From assembly GCA_902802515.1 (NCBI GenBank), contig CADCMM010000007.1, positions 33,954 through 97,953 of the forward strand: DNA of 64,000 nucleotides, given 5' to 3'. The notes below the pieces were generated by a model. It saw nothing but the letters and a program-made list of their open reading frames with translations, was not told where the DNA came from and made no database searches. This DNA comes from an uncultured Lachnospiraceae bacterium. GTDB lineage: Bacteria > Bacillota > Clostridia > Lachnospirales > Lachnospiraceae. Positions 17,331 through 25,053 of this stretch are shown here, one piece after another. The position numbers were made by a program, and so were the translations under genes. How positions within the stretch are numbered: position 1 is the first letter of the stretch; every line of letters starts with the position of its first letter.

Positions 17331-18209
17331 CTACTCGATATTTTGGATCTGTTCTCTTACTTTTTCAATTTCCGTCTTTAAATCTATCGCGATGTTAGAC
17401 GTTTCCAGATCATTGGCTTTGGATAAAATCGTGTTGGCCTCCCGGTTCATTTCCTGGGCAATGAAGTCCAGTTTTCTTCCAATGCTGCCGCCATGGATCA
17501 GCTCTTTCTTCATAGATTCAATATGGCTGCGCAAACGCACCGTTTCCTCATCAGTACATATTTTATCCGAGAACAATACTACTTCTGCAGCCAGCCTTGC
17601 CTCATCGATCTGGGCGTCTCCCAGCAGCTCCTTCACTTTCTCCTGAATTTTTATCCGGTACTGCGCAATGATATCCGGATATCTTGCTTCCACTCTGCTT
17701 ACATTCTCCAGCATATGATCCAATTTTTCCTGAAGATCCTCTTTCAGCGCTTCGCCCTCCCGAATACGGGTTTCCACAAACTGCTCGCTGGCGCCGATAA
17801 CGGCTTTCTCCAGAGCCGACCAGATTTCCTCTTCATTGATAGTCTGCTCCTCCAGCGTGAAAACTTCCGGGCATTTTCCCAAAGCAGCGACGGTCACATC
17901 ATTTTCCAGGTGAAATTCCTGAGCCATCTGATCAAAATACTTCAGATACTCCGCGGCCACATGTTCATTATAATTCAGCGAGAAATTGGTTTCTGTCCGA
18001 TCTTCATAAGTGATGAACATATCTACTTTTCCACGCTGCACATAATTTTTCAATGTATTTCGAATAGCTGGTTCAAAAAAATTGAATTTCTTCGGCATTC
18101 GGATGCTCACATCAAAATACCGGTGGTTTACAGCTTTCATTTCGACGGTATATTTTTTCTCACCCTGCTGGTACTCAAATCGGCCAAATCCCGTCATGCT
18201 CTTTATCAT
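17331..18209 (-). CDS. yloC: YicC/YloC family endoribonuclease
   Basis: 292 aa. It has the MIKSMTGFGR N-terminus and the C-terminal DUF1732-like EIEKVREQIQNIE. RBS GGAGG. Confidence 0.85.
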   Translation of the reverse strand: MIKSMTGFGRFEYQQGEKKYTVEMKAVNHRYFDVSIRMPKKFNFFEPAIRNTLKNYVQRGKVDMFITYEDRTETNFSLNYNEHVAAEYLKYFDQMAQEFHLENDVTVAALGKCPEVFTLEEQTINEEEIWSALEKAVIGASEQFVETRIREGEALKEDLQEKLDHMLENVSRVEARYPDIIAQYRIKIQEKVKELLGDAQIDEARLAAEVVLFSDKICTDEETVRLRSHIESMKKELIHGGSIGRKLDFIAQEMNREANTILSKANDLETSNIAIDLKTEIEKVREQIQNIE

Positions 18210-18293
18210 GATTCAACTTCCTCCAGGAACGCTTTTCAATTCATATTAAATCATTATAATCCATCCGCTATTTCCAGTCAATGACAATTACGA

Positions 18294-18321
18294 TTGTTTT
18301 TTTACTGTGGTGTGATATACT
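18294..18321 (+). promoter_or_regulatory. Candidate sigma-A promoter of rqcH (TTGTTT-N16-TGaTATACT)
   Basis: The -35 element is at 18294-18299 and an extended -10 at 18316-18321. This is a pattern match only. Confidence 0.3.
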
Positions 18322-18335
18322 GTTACTATTCACAG

Positions 18336-18484
18336 CCTGTTTGAAATCAGAACCTGGCTTGTTATGCTTGCATGGACAAGGCAGGTTCTGATTTCAAACA
18401 AGGCCTGCGAAGCAGGAACCTCCCCCACAACCTCAGACATAAGCGTCGTAAGACGCGGCAGACGTGCGCAGCACGGATGGGGAG
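18336..18484 (+). promoter_or_regulatory. Highly structured 5' leader of rqcH, with SD sequestration possible
   Basis: H1 spans 18336-18403 (26/27-nt arms with 2 mismatches). H2 is CCTGC-gaa-GCAGG at 18404-18416. H3 is GCGTC-gtaa-GACGC at 18443-18456. H4 is CGTGC-gca-GCACG at 18463-18475. CCTCCCCC at 18419-18426 is complementary to the SD GGGGAG at 18479-18484. Confidence 0.45.
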
Positions 18485-18491
18485 TAATATT

Positions 18492-20231
18492 ATGGCACTT
18501 GACGGAATTACCGTATCAAACATGGTAAGGGAGCTTAGCGCCCTGCTGACGGACGCCCGGATCAGCAAGATCGCGCAGCCGGAAAATGATGAGCTTCTTC
18601 TGACCTTTAAGGGAAGCACAGGACAGACAAGACTGCTGATGTCAGCCAGCGCTTCCCTTCCGCTGATCTATATAACCCAGACAAATAAGCCCGGTCCCAT
18701 GACCGCCCCGAATTTCTGCATGCTGCTTCGTAAGCACATTGGAAACGGAAAGATCATCCGCATCTGGCAGCCGGGTCTGGAACGCATTATTCATTTTGAA
18801 ATTGAACATTATGACGAATTAGGGGATATTCGTCGTAAAGAACTGATTTTGGAACTTATGGGAAAACACAGTAACATTATTTTCTGTGACGAACATCAAA
18901 TGATCATAGACAGCATCAAACATATTTCCGCCCAGACAAGCTCTGTGCGTGAAGTATTGCCGGGACGCACTTACTTCATACCGGAAACACAGAAAAAGTG
19001 TGATCCGCTAAATACCGGTAAAGAAGAATTTCTTGCTCAGGTATTTTCAAAACCTATGCCGGTTTCCAAGGCGCTTTACAGCACCTATACGGGGATAAGC
19101 CCCGTTATCGCGGAAGAACTGTGCCAGCGGGCATCACTGGAATCTGACCAGAGCGCCAACTCCCTATCCGATCTGGAAAAGACACATCTGTTTACCATCT
19201 TTTCACACTTAATAGAAGACGTGAAAGAAGGAAACTTCCGCCCGAATATAGTGTACGACGAAGATCACACTCCGGTAGAGTTTGCTTCACTTCTGCTCTC
19301 GGTATACGGGGACTTTGTAACGGAGGAGTTTGACACCATCTCCCAGGTACTGGAACAATATTATGCCATGAAAAATACGGTGACCCGGATCCGTCAGAAA
19401 TCCTCGGATCTGCGGCGCATCGTTGCCACTTCTCTTGACCGTACCAGAAAAAAGTACGAACTGCAGTCCAGGCAATTGAAAGACACCGAAAAGAGGGAAA
19501 AATATAAAATTTACGGAGAATTGCTCCACACTTACGGCTACAGTGCCGTCCCAGGCAGTAAAAGCCTGAAAGCGATTAACTATTATACCAATGAGGAGAT
19601 TACGATCCCGTTGGATGAGACCATGACTGCTCAGGAGAACGCCAAGCGCTATTTTGAAAAGTATAGTAAATTGAAACGCACTTATGAAGCGCTGACCGAA
19701 CTGATCCAGGAAACAAAAGCAGATCTGGCTCAGTTGGAATCCATTTCCACCTTCCTGGATATGGCATTGTCTGAGGAGGATTTAGTTCAGGTTAAAGAAG
19801 AACTGATGGATGCCGGTTATATCCGCAGAAAGTACACCGGCAAAAAAGTGAAGATCACCTCCCGCCCGTTCCACTACCGTTCCGGGGATGGCTACGATAT
19901 TTATGTTGGAAAAAATAATTTTCAGAACGATGAGCTGACATTTAAGTTCGCCTCCGGCAATGACTGGTGGTTTCACGCGAAAGGCGCTCCCGGTTCCCAT
20001 GTGGTAGTGAAGTCCAAAGGAGAAGAACTGCCGGATACTACCTTTGAGGACGCTGCCAGGCTCGCTGCTTATTATTCCAAAAACCGGAATTCTGACAAGG
20101 TGGAGATCGACTATGTGGAAAAGAAGCATGTCAAAAAGCCAAACGGCGCCAAACCCGGGTTTGTGGTGTACTACACAAACTACTCTATGGTGATCGATTC
20201 GGATATTTCAAAGATCGCGCTGATCGATTAA
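18492..20231 (+). CDS. rqcH: Ribosome quality-control protein RqcH (NFACT / FbpA-like)
   Basis: The ATG at 18492 follows GGGGAG. The protein starts MALDGITVSNMVRELS and has a C-terminal DUF814 motif (WWFHAKGAPGSHVVV). Confidence 0.85.
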   Translation: MALDGITVSNMVRELSALLTDARISKIAQPENDELLLTFKGSTGQTRLLMSASASLPLIYITQTNKPGPMTAPNFCMLLRKHIGNGKIIRIWQPGLERIIHFEIEHYDELGDIRRKELILELMGKHSNIIFCDEHQMIIDSIKHISAQTSSVREVLPGRTYFIPETQKKCDPLNTGKEEFLAQVFSKPMPVSKALYSTYTGISPVIAEELCQRASLESDQSANSLSDLEKTHLFTIFSHLIEDVKEGNFRPNIVYDEDHTPVEFASLLLSVYGDFVTEEFDTISQVLEQYYAMKNTVTRIRQKSSDLRRIVATSLDRTRKKYELQSRQLKDTEKREKYKIYGELLHTYGYSAVPGSKSLKAINYYTNEEITIPLDETMTAQENAKRYFEKYSKLKRTYEALTELIQETKADLAQLESISTFLDMALSEEDLVQVKEELMDAGYIRRKYTGKKVKITSRPFHYRSGDGYDIYVGKNNFQNDELTFKFASGNDWWFHAKGAPGSHVVVKSKGEELPDTTFEDAARLAAYYSKNRNSDKVEIDYVEKKHVKKPNGAKPGFVVYYTNYSMVIDSDISKIALID

Positions 20232-20234
20232 GGT

Positions 20235-20341
20235 TCTGCTGCGTTACATTTGCCCGGACATCGTTCGCGATAAAAACGTTTGCTCCTCGTCCGAGCACGT
20301 AACTTGCAAAGCTCAGTCAGAAACCGATCGTTTTCAGCAGA
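20235..20341. other. 107-nt hairpin-rich element starting 4 nt after the rqcH stop
   Basis: The closing stem is TCTGCTG/CAGCAGA. Inner small hairpins include GAGC..GCTC, GAAAC-CGATCG-(G)TTTTC and GGAC..GTCC. Confidence 0.35.
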
Positions 20342-20375
20342 CATTATTCCTTCACAAGCCACGCCGTAACGCTTT

Positions 20376-20556
20376 GGATTGTGGACAGTATGCTTGTACA
20401 CAAAACGATCGTCGTGCGAGTGAACTCTTGCCAAAACCAACCTTGCCGCCGCGAAAATGCATATGCTTCTATCTCATTTGAGCGGCGTGCAGATAGGTTT
20501 GCAGCAAGGGGAACGAGATAGACGTGTTTTTTGTACAAGCATACTGGCTGCAATCC
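20376..20556. ncRNA. Candidate structured ncRNA: 181-nt rod-like hairpin (6S-like overall shape, unverified)
   Basis: A perfect 15-bp stem CAGTATGCTTGTACA/TGTACAAGCATACTG is extended by GGATTG/CAATCC. Inner helices are AAAAC/GTTTT, CTTGC/GCAAG, CAAAACC/GGTTTG and CGCCGC/GCGGCG, separated by asymmetric bubbles. The strand is undetermined. Confidence 0.4.
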
Positions 20557-20691
20557 TTGTAAGGTAGTGGGTGTTCCAGAAATCATAAAATCCAGAGAAT
20601 TATTTAGACGCGGGCTTTTCCATCTGTTTCTTTTCCTCACCAATCTCCCGGTTTCGACATATGTATATACAAAACGGAAGGAATAATATTT

Positions 20692-21639
20692 ATGTATTTA
20701 TTTCTGGGGTTACTGCTCCTTATTATAATTATATTGTTCTTATTTCTGATTTTTCGATGGAACCGCCATCGGATCATTCGGAAAATCAAGAAAATGCCCG
20801 AAAAGGAAAAACTGGAACTTCTCTCCTCTGTCACAGAGCCCTTGGGATTTTCCTATCTTCCAAATCAAGATATCTTCACTTCAACCCTGGACGCCTGGCA
20901 AAGGGATCTTGGTTACTGCGGTCTATATGACGATGCTGCTCCTTACGGTCAGATGGTCTTTGACTGTGAACCGGTCTATTTTAACTACCATAACCAAACC
21001 TGGCTGATTGAACTGTGGAAGGGCCAGTACGGTATCACTACAGGCTCTGAAATCGGCATCTACCATACAGATGTGATCATTCCGCCGGAAGAATACCATC
21101 GTACCCTCTTTCATGCGGTTTCTAATGAGGAAATGCCGCAGTTCGGATTAGGAGTATCCAGAAATGGAGCGGATTTATTTCAGCTCTCCAGATGTCATTG
21201 GTGGCTCACAGGCTTTCGGATGGGTGTGTTTTCCCAGCCGGAAGAGCTTTGTCTGAAAGCTTCCATTACGTTTATTGACAGTGATATGGAGGCGGCGTTT
21301 TTATCCGCTCTGGAAAAAATGGGACGATGCCGCTGCAGCCTCTGTGTCCAGGGGCGCACGGTCACGCTGCGCTTCCAACCCGCAAAGACAGATCAGCCCT
21401 GCCAGTTACATCCGCGCCGCTGCACTTTTGCCCAACGAAAAAATCGCCGTATGACGCAAAAGTACCTGCGTATTACCAGACCCTTTGAGAACACGATAGA
21501 TCGACTGCTGTACTTGTATTATTATCTGCCCGGATTCTTCCGTAAAATCTTTACTATGCGCAATACAAAAAAAGCGAAAAAAATACACAGATCAAACTTC
21601 CACGCCGAAAAGAAACGAAACTGGAGGTTACGCTCATGA
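20692..21639 (+). CDS. Membrane-anchored uncharacterised protein (DUF4474-like)
   Basis: 315 aa with an N-terminal TM helix. The WLIELWKGQYGITTGSEIG motif is one I associate with DUF4474. The C-terminus is very basic. RBS GGAAGGA. Confidence 0.55.
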   Translation: MYLFLGLLLLIIIILFLFLIFRWNRHRIIRKIKKMPEKEKLELLSSVTEPLGFSYLPNQDIFTSTLDAWQRDLGYCGLYDDAAPYGQMVFDCEPVYFNYHNQTWLIELWKGQYGITTGSEIGIYHTDVIIPPEEYHRTLFHAVSNEEMPQFGLGVSRNGADLFQLSRCHWWLTGFRMGVFSQPEELCLKASITFIDSDMEAAFLSALEKMGRCRCSLCVQGRTVTLRFQPAKTDQPCQLHPRRCTFAQRKNRRMTQKYLRITRPFENTIDRLLYLYYYLPGFFRKIFTMRNTKKAKKIHRSNFHAEKKRNWRLRS

Positions 21640-22523
21640 GCATTGATACACGACTTAAAAGATCATTTACAGACGCGCCTATTCTTCCGCTTGACGATTC
21701 TTCCCGGTATGTCCTGATCAGCGATTGCCACCGCGGAAATGGCAGCAACAGTGATAATTTTCTAAAAAATCAACACCTTTATTTTGCGGCTTTGCAGCAC
21801 TACTACGACCACGGCTACACCTATATTGAGCTTGGGGATGGCGATGATCTTTGGAAAAACCGTTCCATGAAGCAGATCATAGACGTACACAGCAATGTGT
21901 TCTGGCTTCTCTCCAAATATTATAAGGAGAACCGGGTTTATCTTCTTCACGGAAACCATGATATCATAAAGAAAAATAGCCGCATCTGCAGCGACTGCTT
22001 CGCTACCTGGTTCTCAACAGAGCATCAATGTGAAATGCCTCTGTTTCCTAACGTGCATTTTTATTCCGGCCTCATTTTGCAGGACGCCAAGACAGACACA
22101 AGGCTTTATCTCACTCACGGCCATCAGGCGGAGCTTTTGAACAGTACCTTCTGGCCTTTAGCCCGCTTTCTGGTCCGCCATGTCTGGACCCGGGCAGAGA
22201 ACATGGGATTTCTGGATCCTACCAGCGCCGCAAAGAACAATACACGCAAACATGCCACAGGAGAAAAATTGACGAGATGGGCCAAAAAGAACGGGCATAT
22301 CCTGATTACAGGACATACCCATCGCCCAATGATCGGTTCCGCCGACTCGCCCTACTTCAATACCGGAAGCTGCGTCCATCCCAGGTGCATAACCTGCATC
22401 GAGATCAGCCACCGCCATTTGACACTGGTGAAATGGACGGTCTATACAAGACCGGAAATGACACTGTATGTAGGAAGAGAGATCCTCGGAGATCCGGTAA
22501 GCCTGGACGCGCTGAAGCAATAG
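21636..22523 (+). CDS. Metallophosphoesterase (LpxH-like fold family)
   Basis: 295 aa with DCHRG, GDGDDLW, GNHD and GHTH motifs. Its ATGA start overlaps the upstream stop. Confidence 0.8.
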   Translation: MSIDTRLKRSFTDAPILPLDDSSRYVLISDCHRGNGSNSDNFLKNQHLYFAALQHYYDHGYTYIELGDGDDLWKNRSMKQIIDVHSNVFWLLSKYYKENRVYLLHGNHDIIKKNSRICSDCFATWFSTEHQCEMPLFPNVHFYSGLILQDAKTDTRLYLTHGHQAELLNSTFWPLARFLVRHVWTRAENMGFLDPTSAAKNNTRKHATGEKLTRWAKKNGHILITGHTHRPMIGSADSPYFNTGSCVHPRCITCIEISHRHLTLVKWTVYTRPEMTLYVGREILGDPVSLDALKQ

Positions 22524-22529
22524 ACAAAA

Positions 22530-22559
22530 GGGGCCGCTGCAAAACATGCTAACGGCCCT
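22530..22559. terminator. Bidirectional terminator hairpin between convergent genes
   Basis: GGGGCCG and CGGCCC arms close a 16-nt loop. The hairpin is flanked by an A-run and a T-run. Confidence 0.45.
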
Positions 22560-22565
22560 TTCTCA

Positions 22566-24980
22566 CTATTTCACTACAATATTAATAATTTTCTTCGGAA
22601 CATAAATTTCTTTGACAATGGTTCCGCTCAGTTTATCGCCAAGAGCTGCTTTTCCGGCTGCAATGGCGTCCTCTTTGGAGATATCCACCGGAATGCTGAT
22701 GATCGCGCGGTTCTTTCCGTTGACCTGCACCGGAACTTCAACCTCATCATCTTTCATAGCCTCCTCGCTGTACTCCGGCCAGGGATGATAGAATACTGAC
22801 TCATGATGCCCAAGTTCTCTCCAGAGTTCCTCACCCATATGCGGTGCGAAAGGCGCCAGCAGCAGAACGGCAGCTTCCAAAGTCTCTTTATCGATACCGC
22901 CCTCTTTTTTGGCCAGAACTGTCAGGTTATTATTACTCTCCATGAAACCGGAAATAACCGTATTCAAACTGAAACTCTCCAAACGCTGGGTGATCATATG
23001 GATCATCTTGTGGCGTGCTTTCACCAGTTCCTTTCCGGGGGTGATCTCTTTATCCTTGTTCTCCATTACCAGATTGTAGAAACGGCTCAGGAAGCGATAC
23101 ACCCCGTCAATTCCACGGTCATCCCATTCCGCATCCAGTTCCGGGGGACCTACGAATAACTCGTACATGCGCAGAGAATCGCATCCGTAGTTCTCTACCA
23201 GATCATCCGGTGAAACTACATTACCTTTGGACTTACTCATCTTGATACCGTTCTTACCGGTGATCATACCCTGATTGAACAGTTTGGTAAAGGGCTCGTC
23301 AAAATCCACCGCCCCGATGTCATACAGGAATTTCGTATAGAATCTGGAATAAAGCAGGTGAAGCACCGCATGTTCTACGCCGCCGATATACATATCCACC
23401 GGCAGATACCTGTCCGCTTTCTCCTTGGAAACCAGCTCTTTTTCATTATGAGGATCCACATAACGCAGGAAATACCAGGAGGATCCAGCCCACTGAGGCA
23501 TGGTATTGGTCTCGCGCTTGGAAGGCGCACCGCAGACCGGGCATTTGCAGTTCACCCACTCATCAATGGCGGCAAGCGGCGATTCTCCGGTTCCGGTGGG
23601 CTCATAAGATTCCACATCCGGCAAACGAAGCGGCAGTTCTTCTTCCGGAACAGGCACATTTCCGCAGTTCGGGCAGTGGATAATGGGGATCGGTTCTCCC
23701 CAGTAACGCTGTCTGGAAAATACCCAGTCACGGAGTTTATAGTTCACGGTTTTGCGTCCAATACCCATCTTTTCGATCATGAGCGGAGCTTCTCTTTTCA
23801 AAACAGCAGATTCCAGACCGTTCCACTCTCCGGAGTTGATCATGGTTCCGGAAGCCTCCGTGTAAGCCTCGGTCATGTTTTCAATCTCTTTTCCATCCTT
23901 GGCAATAACCTGAATGATCGGAATATTGAATTTCGTCGCAAATTCAAAGTCGCGGTCATCGTGAGCCGGCACGCACATGATCGCTCCGGTACCGTAATCC
24001 GCCAGTACGTAATCGGAAAGCCAGATCGGTACTTTTGCTCCGTTCAGAGGATTGATGGCATAGCTTCCGGTAAATACGCCGGTTTTTTCCTTATCCTGAA
24101 GGCGGTCTACGTTGGATTTCATAGAAGAATCATAGATATACTTCTCCACTGCTTCTTTCGTCTCAGCAGTAGCCAATCCGGCTGCCAGTTCATGTTCCGG
24201 GGCCAATACCATAAAGGTGGCTCCATGCAGGGTGTCCGGTCTGGTGGTATACACCGTGATCTTCTCCTGGCGTCCCTCCACGGGAAAATCTACCTCTGCA
24301 CCGTAAGATTTTCCGATCCAGTCGGTCTGCATCTTCTTTACTTTTTCCGGCCAGTCCAGCTTATCCAGATCACTCAAAAGGCGCTCTGCGTATTTGGTAA
24401 TGCGGAGCATCCACTGACGCAGGTTTTTCTTCGTCACTTCTGCGCCGCAGCGCTCACACTTACCGTTTACCACTTCTTCATTAGCCAGACCAGTCTTACA
24501 GGACGGACACCAGTTAATGGGGAACTCCTTCTCATAAGCCAGTCCTTCTTTGAACATTTTCACAAAGATCCACTGGGTCCATTTGTAGAAATCCGGATCC
24601 GTGGTATTTACTTCCCTGTCCCAGTCGTAAATGGAAGCAATCTGATTGATCTGTTTTTTGATGTTTTTTATATTTTTCTCCGTAGAAATACGGGGATGCT
24701 GACCGGTCTTGATCGCGTAATTTTCCGCCGGCAGCCCAAACGCGTCCCAGCCCATGGGATGGATCAGGTAATAGCCCTGCATCATTTTATAGCGGCTCCA
24801 CACATCCGAGATCACATAGCCTCTCCAGTGGCCTACATGAAGACCGTTGCCTGACGGATATGGGAACATATCCAGACAGTAATATTTCGGTTTTTTCCCA
24901 TCGTCAACGTTTACGGGATGTTCTTCCCAGTTCTTTCTCCATTTTTCTTCAATGGCTCTGTGGTTATAAGATATTGCCAT
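22566..24980 (-). CDS. leuS: Leucine--tRNA ligase
   Basis: 804 aa with HVGH and KMSKS motifs. RBS GGAGG. Confidence 0.95.
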   Translation of the reverse strand: MAISYNHRAIEEKWRKNWEEHPVNVDDGKKPKYYCLDMFPYPSGNGLHVGHWRGYVISDVWSRYKMMQGYYLIHPMGWDAFGLPAENYAIKTGQHPRISTEKNIKNIKKQINQIASIYDWDREVNTTDPDFYKWTQWIFVKMFKEGLAYEKEFPINWCPSCKTGLANEEVVNGKCERCGAEVTKKNLRQWMLRITKYAERLLSDLDKLDWPEKVKKMQTDWIGKSYGAEVDFPVEGRQEKITVYTTRPDTLHGATFMVLAPEHELAAGLATAETKEAVEKYIYDSSMKSNVDRLQDKEKTGVFTGSYAINPLNGAKVPIWLSDYVLADYGTGAIMCVPAHDDRDFEFATKFNIPIIQVIAKDGKEIENMTEAYTEASGTMINSGEWNGLESAVLKREAPLMIEKMGIGRKTVNYKLRDWVFSRQRYWGEPIPIIHCPNCGNVPVPEEELPLRLPDVESYEPTGTGESPLAAIDEWVNCKCPVCGAPSKRETNTMPQWAGSSWYFLRYVDPHNEKELVSKEKADRYLPVDMYIGGVEHAVLHLLYSRFYTKFLYDIGAVDFDEPFTKLFNQGMITGKNGIKMSKSKGNVVSPDDLVENYGCDSLRMYELFVGPPELDAEWDDRGIDGVYRFLSRFYNLVMENKDKEITPGKELVKARHKMIHMITQRLESFSLNTVISGFMESNNNLTVLAKKEGGIDKETLEAAVLLLAPFAPHMGEELWRELGHHESVFYHPWPEYSEEAMKDDEVEVPVQVNGKNRAIISIPVDISKEDAIAAGKAALGDKLSGTIVKEIYVPKKIINIVVK

Positions 24981-25020
24981 CTTTTATTCCTCCAGTTTGA
25001 TTGGTTTTGCACTGTCTTTC

Positions 25021-25050
25021 ATTCTATCTCTAAGGAAGGTTCCTTGTCAA
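25021..25050 (-). promoter_or_regulatory. Candidate sigma-A promoter for leuS (TTGACA-N18-TAGAAT)
   Basis: On the minus strand, TTGACA lies at 25050-25045 and TAGAAT at 25026-21, just downstream of the recJ stop codon. Confidence 0.35.
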
Positions 25051-25053
25051 GAT

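Noticed and set aside
18372-18491. The 40-codon N-terminal extension of rqcH in the ORF track.
   Set aside because: It runs through the hairpin-rich leader. The canonical NFACT N-terminus (MALDGITV...) starts at 18492 with a GGGGAG RBS.
11561-20556. The idea that the long hairpins are copies of one MITE family.
   Set aside because: Their terminal inverted repeats differ in sequence, and I see no target-site duplications. Only short shared sub-motifs (for example GAAACCG.TC and TATGCTTG) are present. This stays unresolved rather than supported.
20228-20834. Three minus-strand ORFs (70, 99 and 65 aa) and an 89-aa plus-strand ORF in the rqcH-DUF4474 gap.
   Set aside because: They overlap one another, lack ribosome-binding sites, and coincide with the inverted-repeat structures. 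Non-coding RNA or DNA structure explains them better.
23358-24854. A 498-aa ORF on the plus strand opposite leuS.
   Set aside because: It lies entirely antisense to a confidently identified aminoacyl-tRNA synthetase. Its composition is odd (rich in R, F, H and G), and it has no RBS and no recognisable motifs. It is a shadow ORF.
24981-25053. An expected T-box leader upstream of leuS.
   Set aside because: Only 73 nt separate leuS from recJ, and there are no T-box motifs. Only a promoter-like TTGACA-N18-TAGAAT is present.
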